The position numbers and the translations under genes are program-made. Shown here piece after piece: positions 49,046 through 63,953 of a stretch of 64,000 bases of DNA. The notes under the pieces were generated by a model that was not told the DNA's origin, searched no databases, and was given only the letters and a program-made list of their open reading frames with translations. This stretch comes from Eledone cirrhosa (lineage: Eukaryota): positions 71,858,001 to 71,922,000 of the forward strand of contig OZ024743.1 of assembly GCA_964016885.1 (NCBI GenBank), read 5' to 3'. Numbering within the stretch: position 1 is the first letter of the stretch; every line of letters starts with the position of its first letter.

Positions 49046-51971
49046 TATATACTAATAATAATAAATCCAAAGAGGGCTCGATAAGGATATATATATATAT
49101 GCGTGTGTTTATGTGTGTTTACATGTATACTTATATGTGTACATCCCTGTATTCTTCACTTTCTTGCGCCTTAATATAAATTTAGCAAAATAATATTCTT
49201 TAGTTAAGATGAGATCTATCTTAACAATCTCGCGTTGACGTCCTTATTATGAATCCTTGCTTGAAATATTTTTTTTTATAGTAATATCAATATAGTCACT
49301 TATTTAATCTGATTAAAATGCTCGTAACAAATGTATTAGTTCTTTGATGAAAGTATGAATCGCATTTTGTCAATTAGTTGGTTTGAAATGGCTGATAGAT
49401 AGCATAAGCATCGTCTTGTTCATATTCTCGGAATTTATGTATGTGACGTGGCGTAATTGCTGTTGTAGTCTGGCTCGGTAATGAAACGACCCGCAATATT
49501 TACGAATATGTGACGTAGTCATTGCTGATGCCATCTAGATAACATTTTGCTTAAAGGAATATTTTATTTATATTTAACAGAATTTTCACTACTATTCAAT
49601 TTTCTTCATTAATAACCTAATTAAAAATTTAACTATGTTAATCATATTCTTAATACCTGCACAGTCACTGTATTTAAATGTAGAGTACTTCTAAAAAAAT
49701 ATTGCCAATATTTTTCTTGGTTAAATAATTATCTCTCTAATTATAAATATTTACATAATACTGTCAATATTATACCACGTTGGAGGATAAAACGTTATGT
49801 TTCTATTTTTTTTTAAATTTCCCCTTTCTTCAATTTTCTTTTCATTAGTAAAGAATTTTAATCAATAAAATAAATCTTTCCCTTATTATCTTTCGATCGA
49901 TCGGCAATATTACTGCAGGTCCTTACTCCTCCGCCGTATTTTCGAGTAAGACATCATAAACGTTCAGAAATTTTACTGATTAAGGTATTTAAAATAATAC
50001 AAAAAAAAAAAAAATAAACTGGGAAAGTAGAAATCGATATATTTCAGCGTTCTAAATTTTTCTCTTGGATACTTGCTACCAGATTAGAGTTAATCATTAG
50101 TGACTGGGAGACTTGCGAGATATCGATCAGACAACCATTTGCGGAAATCAGCGACGACGCTAATTTATTACGACATATTAAGAAAATATATTAAAATATA
50201 AATAAACATTAAATAGATTGGGAAGAGTTTGAGAAAGAAGTTCTTTTTTCATCTAGATTTTGCTAACTCAACATACGGTTGCACACAAATTAGGATCAAC
50301 GTTATATTGGCTAGTGAATATTGTTGCAGTAATAAATCGATTCCATTATTCGGCGTCGGTTCTTCACCATAAGCTACCTTCAGTGAGCATCTGTCGTAAT
50401 ACTTTATATAGGGGAATGGTCATCATAAGATTCAGCTAACAGCTGACAATAGAAAATCAGGAGATGGGATATTTTAGAATAATCCTTTCGTCAGAAAAAA
50501 ATCAAATAATTGACAATTATATTTCAATCAATTAATTCATTTAATAAATATGATAGTAGTGTGTATCATGCGCTCTACTCTAATGATATAAGAACAGTTA
50601 CTTCTACGTGTATGACCAATAACGTGGGGGAAAGTTTAAACGTTACATCTTATCTATTGCATTATATAACCAAAATAAAACATTTGGCAAAATCTTTTTA
50701 GTGTTGAACTGTATATGTTCTGACTCTCTGTACCCTTAGTTCAAATACTGCCATGGTCAAATTGGCCTTCCATCGTCTCTTGGTCAATAAATAAAGTATA
50801 GGTCCAGAAAAAAATGTCCGAGTGATATTTATTTCGACTATCTGCGTTCTGTGTTCTTTCTTGGGAGACAGACATAATGTAACCCAATTATATACAACCA
50901 ACTGCGCCTTTAATACTTCTAGTAGAACCCACTCTGCTGGAAGTATTCGAACCAGTTCTCCAATTTGAAGATAACCCCATCGGTTCCTCTCACATTTTCC
51001 CGTGAGCCTGAACAAAATAAAGGGTCAAGAAGACACTGCCCTTGCCTCTCTTACTAAACGGTAATAAAAACGAATATAAATTTATGTATTTTTGGAAACA
51101 TTCATCTTGGTATAACAAGTTTTATTCGACTAAACTATATTATAAAGTTATATTAATGTGAATATAGACAGCACTTAAGAGCTACTTTAATAGTTATTCT
51201 AAGTCACTAAAGGTGACTTGTTTTTAAACCGTGTTCACAATAAAACTCTATATAATTTCATTAGAGAGAGAGAGAGACAAAGACAGAGAGTGAGTGTGGG
51301 AGAGAGAGAGTGTGTGTGTATGTGCGTAAACCGTACATAGAATACAAATATATCAAAATGTGTTACTGAGAACTCATTATTTTAAAATGTTTCCTTATTC
51401 AATATCGTTGAAAATAAACTAAAAAATAATTACTTGGTTTTATTATCTTAATATCGGTTTATGAATAGTGTTAAAATGTTATCGATGATGCGGAGGTGGC
51501 TTTCCTTCAAACAGTGGTGATTAGTTGGTACTGTTGACTCTTCTGAATATTTACATTTCAATAATCAGGAAGAGAGAACACGGTTTTAACCCCGGTCATC
51601 TAATGGGAAATCATGTAAATTATTTACTTATAAACCAACACAATGATTTATATGAAAAGTAATAATGGTCGAAACTAATAGGAAGACCAAGTGTTCAATG
51701 ACACGATAGTAGTAAAAATAATAGCACCACCAATAAGGCATAAGTGTCAAATCATCATATATCAATTCGTTTATAAACATGAAATCGTGTACAGACATAA
51801 CGAAAAAAACATATTGCAATGATTAATTGTAAACTAAAATATCGAGTGACAAACTTCACATAGATAACTCTATAACAATAAATTATTATAACAACAACAA
51901 AATTAATGATTTGTCTACTCTCTTTAATGGTTTCTCCTCTTTGGAACAAAACTAATATCAATCAGCATTAC

Positions 51972-52392
51972 ATAGAGGGTGTTTCAAAAATTTGATACAA
52001 TTTGAGATACAAATATTCGAGAAACTACATCTAGGGCAACGAGAGTAAGCAGGCTTAATGCTGAACAATATAAGATTTATTTCTGAAAATTTCTCAACAT
52101 TATAACATTAATTAAAAGGTGGGTGGATTGGCAGTAATGGTAGAGGGTTGGATGCCATGCTTTGTAACATAGAGTTACGCCCCTTTACGATCTGAGTTCA
52201 AATCTCGCCGGGGTTAACTTTGCCTTTCATCCTTACGGGGTCGATAAAATAAAGTACCAGTAATACACTGGGATAATTGCTGGCGTTGTGCCAAAAGTAG
52301 AAACAATTATAACATAATTTGTAATATATACTGACAGTTTCTGGGATATTTACATCTCAAATGATATCAGATTGTTTTAAAACCTTTGTATA
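51972..52392. mobile_element. Probable Tc1/mariner-type MITE with an inserted SINE (52117-52310, plus)
   Basis: Imperfect TIRs of about 55 bp: AGGGTGTTTCAAAAATTTGATACAATTTGAGAT..AAATAT versus the reverse complement of 52335-52390. Confidence 0.55.
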
Positions 52393-53361
52393 TTTTTGTT
52401 TCATGTTTGGGGCGGATAGAGTGCTAAGCATCTTACCGAGGAGGGAAATACATTGTAAAACCCATTTCACCTGGTCGGGCTCTTTCTTCCGAATCGTCTT
52501 ATGAATCTCAATCGCATTAAATAGCCATGTGGTTCCAATGCTCACGACCACACATATATCTCCACCGTTAAGTGGTAATATACCTATCAGAGAACAACCC
52601 ATATTTCGTTAGCTTTTAATGAACCACCCGAGCAGAAAAAGTGCTGGTCTCGACGCTTATTTCGCTTAATTGCCACTGGAGAAAGTAACATTCTCTTTAT
52701 TGAAAACTGGGAAATATCACCATGTTATTAAATTTTAAGGAAGTGTAGGAAGGAGTAAGGATCTCCGTCGGTTTCCATGATGCCTGGTCGAATTTTCAGA
52801 TGAAAAGGATAACCTGTTCATGAAATTAACATGCATGTGGCGAAATATTTTAAGGAACCGGGTACTGTCACTGTAATTCTCAGAAGGATTCAACGTGACA
52901 AGGCAAATGTCTTAACCACATGACAGCCAGTGCACATAATGTATGAAATTATGTGTATATCGGGATACTTAAGAGTACCTTTGTATTGGTAGAATTATAC
53001 ATAGTTATGGTGGAAAACGGCAGAGATGCTACGTCTATGGGTATATTGAAAATAAGATTGTGTTTCCAATGTGTCTGTAAATGTGTGAACCTCTACACAG
53101 AGAAAGAGAGAGATAGAGATAGAGAGATAGAGATAGATAGATACATAGATATATAGAGAAAGAGATAGAGAGATATAAATAGGAAGAGAGTGAGAGACAG
53201 AGGGAGAGAGAGTGAGTGCTGGAGAGACAGAGAGAGTAGGAGAGACAGGGAGAGAGAGAGTGATATATATATATATATATATATTAATATATATATAATT
53301 ATATATATATATATATCACATATATATACTGTTTATATATATATATATATTAATATATATA

Positions 53362-53443
<82 letters not shown>

Positions 53444-53589
53444 TTTATACAAAAAAAAGGAACATGTTGTTCATATGAGAATATTGAGCGTAGTTAATCC
53501 ACCTTATAAGATGAACATTAAGCTATGAAAATCTTTTCCAGTCAATCAAATATAATACAGAGATAGATAGATATGTAGTTGAGTGTATA

Positions 53590-53915
53590 CATACAGCCAC
53601 ATACACACACACAGAGACATACAGCCATATAAACACACATACATACAGACACATACACACACATACATATAGCCATATAAACACAGACATACAGCCATAT
53701 AAACGCACAGACATTCAGCCACACATACACACACATACATACAGTCATATAAACACACAGACATATACATAGAGCCACATATAAACACACAGACATTCCG
53801 CCACATATACACTCAGATATACAGCCACACATACACACACAGACATAGAGCCACAGCTAGTTACGCAGAAATACAGTCACAGAGTCACACACACAGTTAC
53901 ACACACAGAGCCAAA
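53590..53915. repeat. Minisatellite of CAGCCATATAAACACACAGACATA-like units
   Basis: Direct inspection. Confidence 0.8.
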
Positions 53916-53957
53916 GAAACATAGAGTCAGGCTGCCCCATTATATGTATATATGTAA

Positions 53958-54052
<95 letters not shown>

Positions 54053-54054
54053 GT

Positions 54055-54098
<44 letters not shown>

Positions 54099-54100
54099 GT

Positions 54101-54144
<44 letters not shown>

Positions 54145-54188
54145 TATAGATTTACATATATAGATTTAATGGGGCAGCCTGACTGTAT

Positions 54189-54267
<79 letters not shown>

Positions 54268-54959
54268 CAAATAAATAATCGGGATCTCAGCCCACGAAAT
54301 CACGAAACACAATCTTCGAAATGTGTGGCAGAGGGCTCAATAGTTTGAGTAAACCAGAGCTATAACTATCGTTTAAATGACAACACATAGCTTAAAAAAT
54401 CATTCGCAAAGCCGAAAAAACGACCAGGAAAATTCGGGTCACACAAATAATAAATTAATAAATTAATAAATTAAATGAATGTAAAATCTTACCCGGACCC
54501 GCTAGAAAGATGTTAAAATCTAGCTTTATGGGTGTCTGCAGTTCCTTAATCAATTACCGTCGGCCCACATAAAAATTATATCTGACTTCTGGTAAAGAGA
54601 TGAACGAGGAAGCTGCTTTCTCAACAGGCATTTCGTTCAGAAATATAGAGACACCCGACCCGTTACTAAACGCACATGTAGACCAGCAAGGGAGGGAACC
54701 CTATAATAGGCGAATGAATTCAGTAAAGTGTATATTTTTGTAAAAATACAAAATATCACATATCGAATTAGAGTTCTCAACAGACGTGTTAAAATTAACA
54801 AGAGCTATTCATCAGTCAATAAGATTAACTAAAAAAATGAATAAAATTAACTGGTCAATAGCTAAAGACTGGAGATAAATACAAATAAATATATATATAT
54901 ATATATATACAGAGAGAGAGAGATACATATATATATACGTATACATAAAACACACTTCG

Positions 54960-55020
54960 TATTTTATCTGATGATAGCGTACCAAAATGTTGGTACCATT
55001 GAAATATATATACTAGAATA
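54960..55020 (+). ncRNA. Minimal type I hammerhead
   Basis: TATTTTAT-CTGATGA-..GTACCAA aatg TTGGTAC..-GAAA-TATATA-TA-CTAGAATA; one mismatch next to the cleavage site. Confidence 0.7.
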
Positions 55021-55062
55021 AATATGGATTTATAAATATAGTTTCCATTTATTTGATCTAAT

Positions 55063-55268
<206 letters not shown>

Positions 55269-55325
55269 TATGTACATGTATATATATATATATATATATA
55301 TTCATATATATACATGTTCATATAC

Positions 55326-55354
<29 letters not shown>

Positions 55355-55357
<3 letters not shown>

Positions 55358-56253
55358 TGTTATATTTTGGGAGTGTCATATTGCCAATAAGAAACACACG
55401 CACCAGTTGCTTTCACTTCAATTTATTATAATAAATTTATAAATTTAGGAATTTATAAATTTCCGGGTGGTTGATTGGTTCCACAACCAGATGATTGTTT
55501 ATGTATTGTCAAAGTTCTTTCGTCACACATTCTGTGACCTCTTCAGTGAATGGGTATTCTTTTCTTTGTTTTTATGCCACTCCTTTGTTCTGTCCTACGC
55601 CATCTTGATTTTGTGTGCGTGTTGTGTGCTTAGTTTGCGCATGTGTTACATCCGGGTGTCTGTGTGTATTTATATTTGTTTATTTATTTGTTTATTTATA
55701 TGTTACTGGTTGGTTGTTTGTTCTATTTGCGTGTGTGTTTTCATTTGGTCCTTAATTGTAAGTTGTGATGTTGCTGTTCCACTCATGTTTTCTATTTAAT
55801 TTTGGTTGGAGTTCATTTATGTTTATTGCCTCTGTGATTTGTCTAAACATTGTGTCTTTTCTGTGTGTAGATTCTATTTTTATTTCTATGTTCTCTAATT
55901 TACCCTTGTGTTCTATTTTAGCATGTTGGTAGAGTACAGATGATTCTTTACTATCTTGAAGGTCTCGCCAGTATTCATTTATCCGTTCCCTTATACTACG
56001 AGCTGTCTCACCTATGTACACTATATTTTTATCTCTACATTGTCCGTCAGTACATCTTATGCTATATACTACATTTCTAGTTTTACAGTTAATATGGGGG
56101 CTTAATTTACAGATTATACATTCCTTTTCTATACAGGGAGGTCTTTGAAAAGGGTATGTCTTGCTAATAAGTGTTTTTACGGAGGTACCTGGTTTTTCTA
56201 CTATCTTAATATTGAGTTTATGTTTATCTAGGGCCCTTTTAAATTTGTAAGCT
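55355..56253 (-). mobile_element. PLE family A GIY-YIG plus pLTR
   Basis: ORF 55752-56253: NVVYSIRC...YIGETARS.RERINE; pLTR terminus at 55355. Confidence 0.9.
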
Positions 56254-56499
56254 ACACATTTCCTTTGTATGTAAGCATACATAACCCAAACGCCAGGTCT
56301 TATGAATGTACATTGCTTTATAGAATATAGCATTACTATGTGCTTCAGATATTTTCTAAGAGTTCTCGGAATAATATCGAAACAATAACAAAATCAACAC
56401 TGCACAAATTTGTTCTCAGTAATACAGTGACAGCATGGATTGAGGATGATGATAATTGTTTATACATTTGCCACAAGGTAAGCAATGTAATGGAAGGGA

Positions 56500-57235
56500 A
56501 AAGTCGGGGCGTGGAATGTCCTCCACAGGCGTTGGTGTTGGTTGTGGCGTGGTGGATGTTGGAGGCGCTTGTGCTATTTCTGGCGCGGTGGGTGGTGGTG
56601 GAGCTGGTCGTGCCACCGTTGCTGCTATAGTTGCTGCTTCTGTTGCTGCTACAGTTGCTGTTGCCATTGTTGTTGCTGGCTTTGGTATTTGAACACGTAG
56701 GCAGGAGGGGTGGCCATAATTTTTTAGCCATCTCTTGAGGGAAGAAATGCTTTTAGGTGGGTTTCATTGCCATAAACGACACACCTTGGTTTTCTCCCTT
56801 CAAAGATCATGGTGAAGTGGCTGCCGTGATTGAGGTATATCATCTCTGGAACCTTTTTTGTTTTTTCTGGTCCACTTGGATCAGGAGCTCCATTCCAGAT
56901 CCAGACCAGTTCTCCCATTTTACTCTTATCACCTCTATCACCTTTCTGTCGTCCTCGATATCGGTGAGGATGGCAATTGACGGGAAATGCAATGGCCGAA
57001 CCTGGGTCACCCTCACTCCCAAGACGCTTTGTCCACAGTAGCTTGGGACTAATGTGAACTCGACACTTTTTAGGGGAGCCTTGGAGTGCTCTCTGGCTTC
57101 CTGCAGAGTTCCAAAGAACACATTCACGGTCTCATATATTTGTCCACGTCTGATGTGAATTTTCTGAGCCCACACATGTCCCAAAGCCTTTTGGATCTGT
57201 AACTCGGATGATTTATTTGCCCAGTCTCAAAGTTC
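56500..57235 (-). mobile_element. L1/Tx1-like ORF1 remnant
   Basis: IRRGQIYETVNVFF...LVPSYCG...; FEGRKPRC..YG.ETH decayed zinc knuckle; Ser/Asn/Thr-rich tail. Confidence 0.55.
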
Positions 57236-57910
57236 ATTGATACGGATTTACCAGGCCAATAAAAAATGGAGAAAATCCGAAATGCCGATTGTGCAATGAT
57301 AAGATTGAAACAGTGGACCACTTAATCTCAAGATGTAAAGTTTTAGCACCAGTAGAGTATAAATCAAGACATGGCAGAGGTGGTCGATATCTACACGGGT
57401 TAATATGTCGGCATAAAACCAAAGCTGCTGACAAGTGGTACAATCATCACCCCGAGTCTGTAACTGAAAGAGAAAAAAGTAACGATACTATGAGACTTTC
57501 CTGTACACACTGACAGCACCATAAAAGATCATAGACCATATATTATTATAATAGACCAAAATAACAAAGTATGTTTACTAATTGATTTGAACATCCCAAG
57601 TGATCACAATATCACGGCAAAAGAATGTGACAAGCTAAGAGAATATAAAGATTTGCTCATTGAAATTAGAAAAAAAATGTGTGTATGTATGCGTATATAT
57701 AGGTATGGATGTGTGTGAGTCTGTATATGTATTTGTGTATACATATGTGCTTATATTTATATATATATATATATACGTGTGTGTGTTTTAAGCAGTAAAT
57801 ACAATCAATATGGTGGTTTAAGGAAAAGACTCGGTAAAAACGGAAGCAAACACTGAAGGAAGAGGAAAAAGAAATAATAACGATAATAACAATAATAATA
57901 ATAATAATAA
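57236..57910 (+). repeat. Copy of an R4/Dong-like zinc-finger/RLE fragment plus flank, duplicated at about 63290-63950
   Basis: KCRLC..KIETVDHLISRC, RH, HRP; shared non-element flank. Confidence 0.8.
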
Positions 57911-58065
57911 TATATATACATTCTTTTTTAAATCATAATTAATGTGCTGTATTAACTGGCTTACCAATGCACACTATGAATTTGTTTGCCCTAGGTGTCA
58001 GGAAGACACTCGACATATATCTCAGAAACAATAATGAAAGAAATTAAAAATGATAATAATAATAA

Positions 58066-59578
58066 TACTCTTCATGGATGATCTTAAACTCTTTCGGAAG
58101 AGTGAGAATGAGTTGGATGTACTTGTTAATAATGTCCTTATTTTAAGCAATGATATATGTTTGGAATTTGGTATTAATAAGTGTGGAGTCCTAGTGATGT
58201 AGTGGGGTACATTGAGCAGAAGCAACGGAATCCAGGTACCAGCAGGTGAGATGATAAAGGAAATTGACACCGAAGAAGGATACAAATATTTAGGTGTTCT
58301 GGAGGAAGATGACATCAAGAACAAAAAAAATGAAGGAATTGATAAGATCTGAATACATTAGGAGAGTAAGGAGCGTATTAAAGTCACATCTGAACAGTAG
58401 GAATGTCATAAGTGCAGTAAATTCCCGAGCTGTGTCTATTATTAGGTACAGTGCGGGAATTCAGAGATGGAATGTTGCTGAACAAAAAGAAATGTATAGG
58501 AAGACTAGGAAGCTATTGACTATCTACATGTTCCACAAAAGGATTGATGTCGATAGACTCTACTTAAGGAGATCTGAAGGTGGAAGAGGTCTTATCAGCA
58601 TAGAGGACTGTGTTCAGATGGAGAAAAACAACCTACACAAATATGTGACTGAGGGAGCCAATGTTCAAAATTGTACTGAAGGAGAAGACAATAGACCAGG
58701 GGATGTCCTAGGAGGAAATAACAACAAGGAGGAAGAGCAACGTTCATGAACAATCCCTTCAGTACCTTCTTAAACGAAACGGAATTTAGAGATCCACAGA
58801 CATGTCACTGGTTAAAAATAGGAGTCCTTAAAAAAGCTACAGAAGTAATCCTAATGGCCGCGCAAGAGCAAGCCCTCAGAACCAAGTGGGTGAAATACCA
58901 TCTTGACAAGAAAGAGGCTAACTCACTGTGTAGGATCTGCGGAGAGAGAGAGGAGACTGTGGCACACATTTTATTCGAGTGTAAACACCTATCCCAGACT
59001 CACTATAAAGGCTGGAGACATGATGTGATAGGCAGGGTGATCCACTGGCATCTATGTAAAGTAAACAATTTACCTCATTCTGAGAAGTGGTATGAGCATA
59101 AGCTAGAGTCGGTGATAGAAAACGATCAGGTGAAGGTGCTATGGGATTTTAGGATACAGACGGACAAGAAATTAGAACACAATAGGCCTGACCTGGTGGT
59201 TTTGGACAAGGAAAAAAGATCGTGCCTGATTGTAGATGTAGCCTGCCCATTTGACACGAGAATGCAAGAAAAGGAGAGGGAGAAAAGTAACCGATACCAG
59301 GATTTAAAGTCTGAGTTCAAAAGGATTTGGAACTGCCATGAAATCAAGGTCGTCCCGATTGTCATAGGCGCACCAGGTACTATCACAAAGAGTTTCCAAG
59401 GATGTTTAAAGAAGATTAGTCCAGCCATGCTTTTTGGAAAACTTCAAAGGCATGCTTGCTGGGAAAACAAGAACCCTCCGATACGTCCTGAATGTCTGAG
59501 GCTGCAGGTAGCGGCTTGATATTCATTTTCAACAAACTTTCCAGTTAAATAACATCAATGACTGAGACTCAAAGAACA
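58066..59578 (+). mobile_element. R4/Dong-like non-LTR retrotransposon (RT C-terminus, CCHC finger, RLE endonuclease) in (TAA)n
   Basis: LFMDDLKLF; YKYLG; RLYLRRSEGGRGL; CRICGEREETVAHILFEC; RHD; NRPDLVV; DVACP; EK..RY; AAT repeats on both sides. Confidence 0.9.
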
Positions 59579-59592
59579 ATAATAATAATAAT

Positions 59593-60985
59593 GCTTTCTT
59601 TATTAACCACAATGGTTTACACAAAGTAAGACATTAAGGACAATAAAGGATAATACAGGACAATACAGGACGGTTCAAATGGGTATTTCTGCGTGTAAAA
59701 AAAACAAAACAGAGGATGTAACAAAAAAAGGAACAGTGAAAAATTCCCCAATAGGGGGGAGACTTCTGAGGGACATTCGTGGAGAAAGCCCATTAAAAAA
59801 GCCACGGTGAGCCTAACCACCAGGGCAAGTGCACTCTCCCAGTTTTCCACCTTCAATTTACAGGCGCATATTCAGAGTATTCACTCGGGCCATTCTTGAT
59901 TTTCTCAACCATCTTTCAACAACATGCTGGGAAGAGAGTACTTCCCTGTCTACCCTGATTTTCTTTTTCAAATCAAATTTGAAAAAGTTAATCAGGTCAT
60001 CACCGAAGAGGTAAGTGTTCGTCTTCAGCCCTTTCAAACGCGTCCACCACACTATCTTTTTCGCCATGGCCACCAGAAAGATAAAAACTGCCTGCCCTTC
60101 CCGCCTAAAGGAAGACGGCGGGGCAATCCTCACGATGGACTCAGCTGATAGCCGGATCCGTCCTATACGCGACAGCAGGTGTTCGATATAAACTCAGATA
60201 CCCGCTCCACTCGGCGTGTTTTAATAATTATTGTGCGGTATGATACAATACATTGGCGCCGATGTTGCATGGTATTTGATGGAGGAGTGAGGCTGACCAT
60301 GTAACCATTTTTTTCCACCATTCGCCTGGCCTCATTCAGTTCTTCCTGGCTTACCTCAATCATTTCGTTATTGTTGGCCGCTTTAGCAAAAGGCACATTT
60401 GGTTTTGCGCTGGTGTTGATGTTGTTGTTATTCTTATTATTGCTATTGTTGCTGTTGTTGTTATTGTTATTTTTGTTAGTATTATTTTTTGTTTTAGTTA
60501 TTGGTGTGATGGTGGTGGTGTCTCTGGCGTTCCACGTGACTGGCGACATTGTGGAAGAATCTATGTTGTTATCACGAGATAATTTTTTTGTTTCAGTTGT
60601 TGCTGTGATGGTGGTGGTGGTGGTGGTATCAGAGTTGTTGGTTGTTCTTTTTTGACATTGTAGCGGTGGAGATGGCGAAAGCGTTATCCGTGTTGGCAAA
60701 TGTAGCAAGGTTCACAGTGATGGTGTGGGTGTAGTGTCTATGTTGGAGCTTCTGTCACATGGCAGCTGGGTTAATTTGGAGAGGCATATACCGTCCATGT
60801 TTTTTTTGTTTACAAAAAAATTGTTTGTTTGACAAAATAAAGTTCAAATTTGGGCTCAAGGCCTCAATATTATTGAGTGTCCTTTTCAGAAAGCAATATA
60901 TAGGAACTTATAAACAGTTAACAACAAAGACTTTTCCATAACTGACAATTTGAAACAACTGAAAACAACAAACCTTTAGGAACTG
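59593..60985 (-). mobile_element. L1/Tx1-like element, internally deleted (ORF1 N-terminus joined to ORF2 C-terminus, AATAAA, (ATT)n tail)
   Basis: AKKIVWWTR...FKFDLKKKIR..RE....VERW; GGTTAATAAAGAAAGC-ATTATT on the minus strand. Confidence 0.55.
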
Positions 60986-61039
60986 ACGATAACACGTTTT
61001 GCTACGTAGGTCGCCAATAATAATACTAATGATAATAAT

Positions 61040-61165
61040 AATTGTTTCTACTTTTGGCACAAGGCCAGCAATAATCCCAGTGTATTACTGGTACTTTATT
61101 TTATCGACCCCGTAAGGATGAAAGGCAAAGTTAACCTCGGCGGGATTTGAACTCAGTCTGTAAAG
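61040..61165 (-). mobile_element. Octopus-type SINE, 5'-truncated
   Basis: Conserved core and B-box. Confidence 0.85.
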
Positions 61166-61168
61166 GAA

Positions 61169-63722
61169 TGATAATGAAAGACACGAAATTAAGCTAACAG
61201 GCGTTATTTGGATGAACAAAGTTAGCAAACGTTAGGAGGAATATGTTCAGATATACTTACAGATACTCAAATAACTGCGATCCAGTATGCAGTGGAAAAT
61301 GACAAATATAAGACATGAAATAATTGAAGAATCTCCTTGAGAGTGTATCCAGTCACAAGATTTAATCGAAAAGCTGCCATCTTACTAAATCTCAAATATA
61401 TTTGTAGAAATAAGACATTCTATCGTACCTGATGAAAATAGAAACAGAATTATGAAGCCACAAATTTTACTGAAGAACACAGAGTGTCTATGAAGGAAAT
61501 GAAACAGAAAATAATGAATGAGCTAGCAGTTGTAAGCTATACTATTATAAATGATAGAGAACCCCTTCAAAAACTTCCAAATACAAACCAAAATAAAAAC
61601 AAAAAAACAAATAATGATTGGTAACTCAAGAACAAAAGAAGTCATAGAAGAATTAGAACCCGATCTTACTGAGGTAAATGACATCATTTATGCATCTGTT
61701 AGAATAATTGAAACAAGTGGTTTACCACCAAAAATAGAAAAGAAAGTCAAACTGGAGAAGAAAACCAGTATGGAAGAGTAGAATTGAAAAGATCATTAAC
61801 CCAATGAGAGGGGGAATATATTTACTGAATGTTCTAATCACTGGAAATGGTGTAAGATCCAGGAAGGGAAGAAAGCTAAAGAGAAAATGTGGATTTCTTC
61901 TACACAATTACTAATATCAACAAAGGAAACTCAAACAAAAAGTCCAATTAAAAGCGCCCAAAATGCGGAGATTCCAGAAGGGAAACAACTTCTACTGTCA
62001 AAATAAATTGTTCACATCCTATGCCCAGTCATGATATACAGAAATAGGGAAAGAACAAATAATTATTGAAATCCCCCTACCACGGAAGAAGTTGAGAGAG
62101 ATTTGGAGTGACGAGAAGTCGTATAATGCTAAAGTAGGTTGGATAAGTCGCTTGGAAAAATCCTACAAACATTTACAAGTATGAGAAGACATCTCAATAG
62201 CAGACTTAAGGATGGCACTCAATAAAGCCTATAATTGGAAATTTCTGGCTTTCCTCACTCCCGTACACACACAAAATATTATTCAAGCTGTTCAACGAAA
62301 TTATGAAAGATCCTACCAGAAATAGTAAGTGGCATTACTTACCTTCTCCCAAAGAACAATGAAACTAAGGATAAAAAAACTATCGACTCATAACATACAT
62401 TTCCCCTACTTATAAAATCTTATCTATTCTCAAAATCATAAGTGTTTATGGAGGAGAACGATCTTTTCCCCATTGAACTAAAAGGGTGCCAACGAGGTTC
62501 ATATGGTTGTAAAGATCAACTCTTGATTAATCATATGATTCTTGAGAACTGTCATAATAAACAGAGAAATCTCAGTTCCACATGGATCAATTACAAAAAA
62601 AATTGACAGCATACCAAACTCATTGAGTCTGCAATCACTGGACGTCTTCAAAATCTCACCTGTAATTTCATACTTCCTGAAACACAATATGTCATTGTAG
62701 AACAAATCTCCAAATATTTCATTCCAATGGAGTACTAAGTTCTCACAATATAAGCATCAACTGTGACATTTTCAACGGTGACTCGCTTTCACCTGTACAT
62801 TTTTGCATAGCTTTATAGCAGAACTTAACAGAACACGGTATGGTTACACAATTGTCAACAAGAAAATAAGCCACCTATTTTATATGGATCATTGAAAGCT
62901 ATATTGCAAAAACGATGGTGAGCTTGACGGCTTTTTGCGGACTGTAAAAAACATTTAGTGGTGACTTCAGGATGGATGTTGGTCTTGATAAGTGTACCAA
63001 GGCGGCTTTCAAGAAAGGGGAGATTATCAACTTAATGGTAACCAGGTTGGACAGACTAATGAAACTGGCAACTGTTGCTACTAAGAATATAAAATCAATA
63101 TAAAAAAAAGAACGTGCAGAAACAATTAGCATCAACGTGGATGCAAAGACCACTGCATGGCAAATATGTGGCCCGTAGTAAACAATCTGATGTTGACCAG
63201 AACCACACCAATCAGTGGCTAAGTAGCTGAAGGCTACAAAGCCGAGAACGAAGGCTTCATCTGTCCAGGGTCCACGCTTACTGACACGGAAATACCAAGC
63301 TAATGTGATGAAGAATGGAGAAAATCCGAAATACCGATTCTGCAATGTTGAGATTGAAACAGTGGACCACTTAATATAGAATGTAAAGTTTTAGCACCAG
63401 TAGAGTATAAATCAAGACATGGCAGAGGTGGTCGATATCTACACGGGTTAATATGTCGGCATAAAACCAAAGCTGCTGACAAGTTGTACAATCATCACCC
63501 CGAGTCTGTAACTGAAAGAGAAAAAAGTAACGATTCTATGGGACTTTCCTGTACACACTGACAGCACCATAAAAGATCATAGACCATATATTATTATAAT
63601 AGGCCAAAATAACAAAGTACGTTTACTAATTGATTTGAACATCCCATGCGATCACAATATCACGGCAAAAGAATGTGACAAGCTAAGAGAATATAAAGAT
63701 TTGCTCATTGAAATTAGAAAAA
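61169..63722 (+). pseudogene. Heavily degraded R4/Dong-like RT-RLE element
   Basis: KGC.RGSYGCKDQLLIN.MILENC; GDSLSP..FCIAL; ISHLFYMD; CCHC and HRP pieces. Confidence 0.8.
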
Positions 63723-63909
63723 ATGTGTGTATGTATGCGTATATATAGGTATGGATGTGTGTGTGTGTCTGTATGTGTATTTGTGTATACATATGTGTGT
63801 ATGTTTATATATATATGTGTGTGTTTTAAGCAGTAAACAGAATCAATATGGTGGTTTTAGGAAAAGACTCGGTAAAAACGAAAGCAACTCAGAAGGAAGA
63901 GGAAAAACA

Positions 63910-63953
<44 letters not shown>

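Noticed and set aside
49150-51950. Repeat-poor AT-rich stretch that might hold host exons or regulatory DNA
   Set aside because: No convincing ORF, splice pair or motif by eye; needs RNA-seq or conservation data
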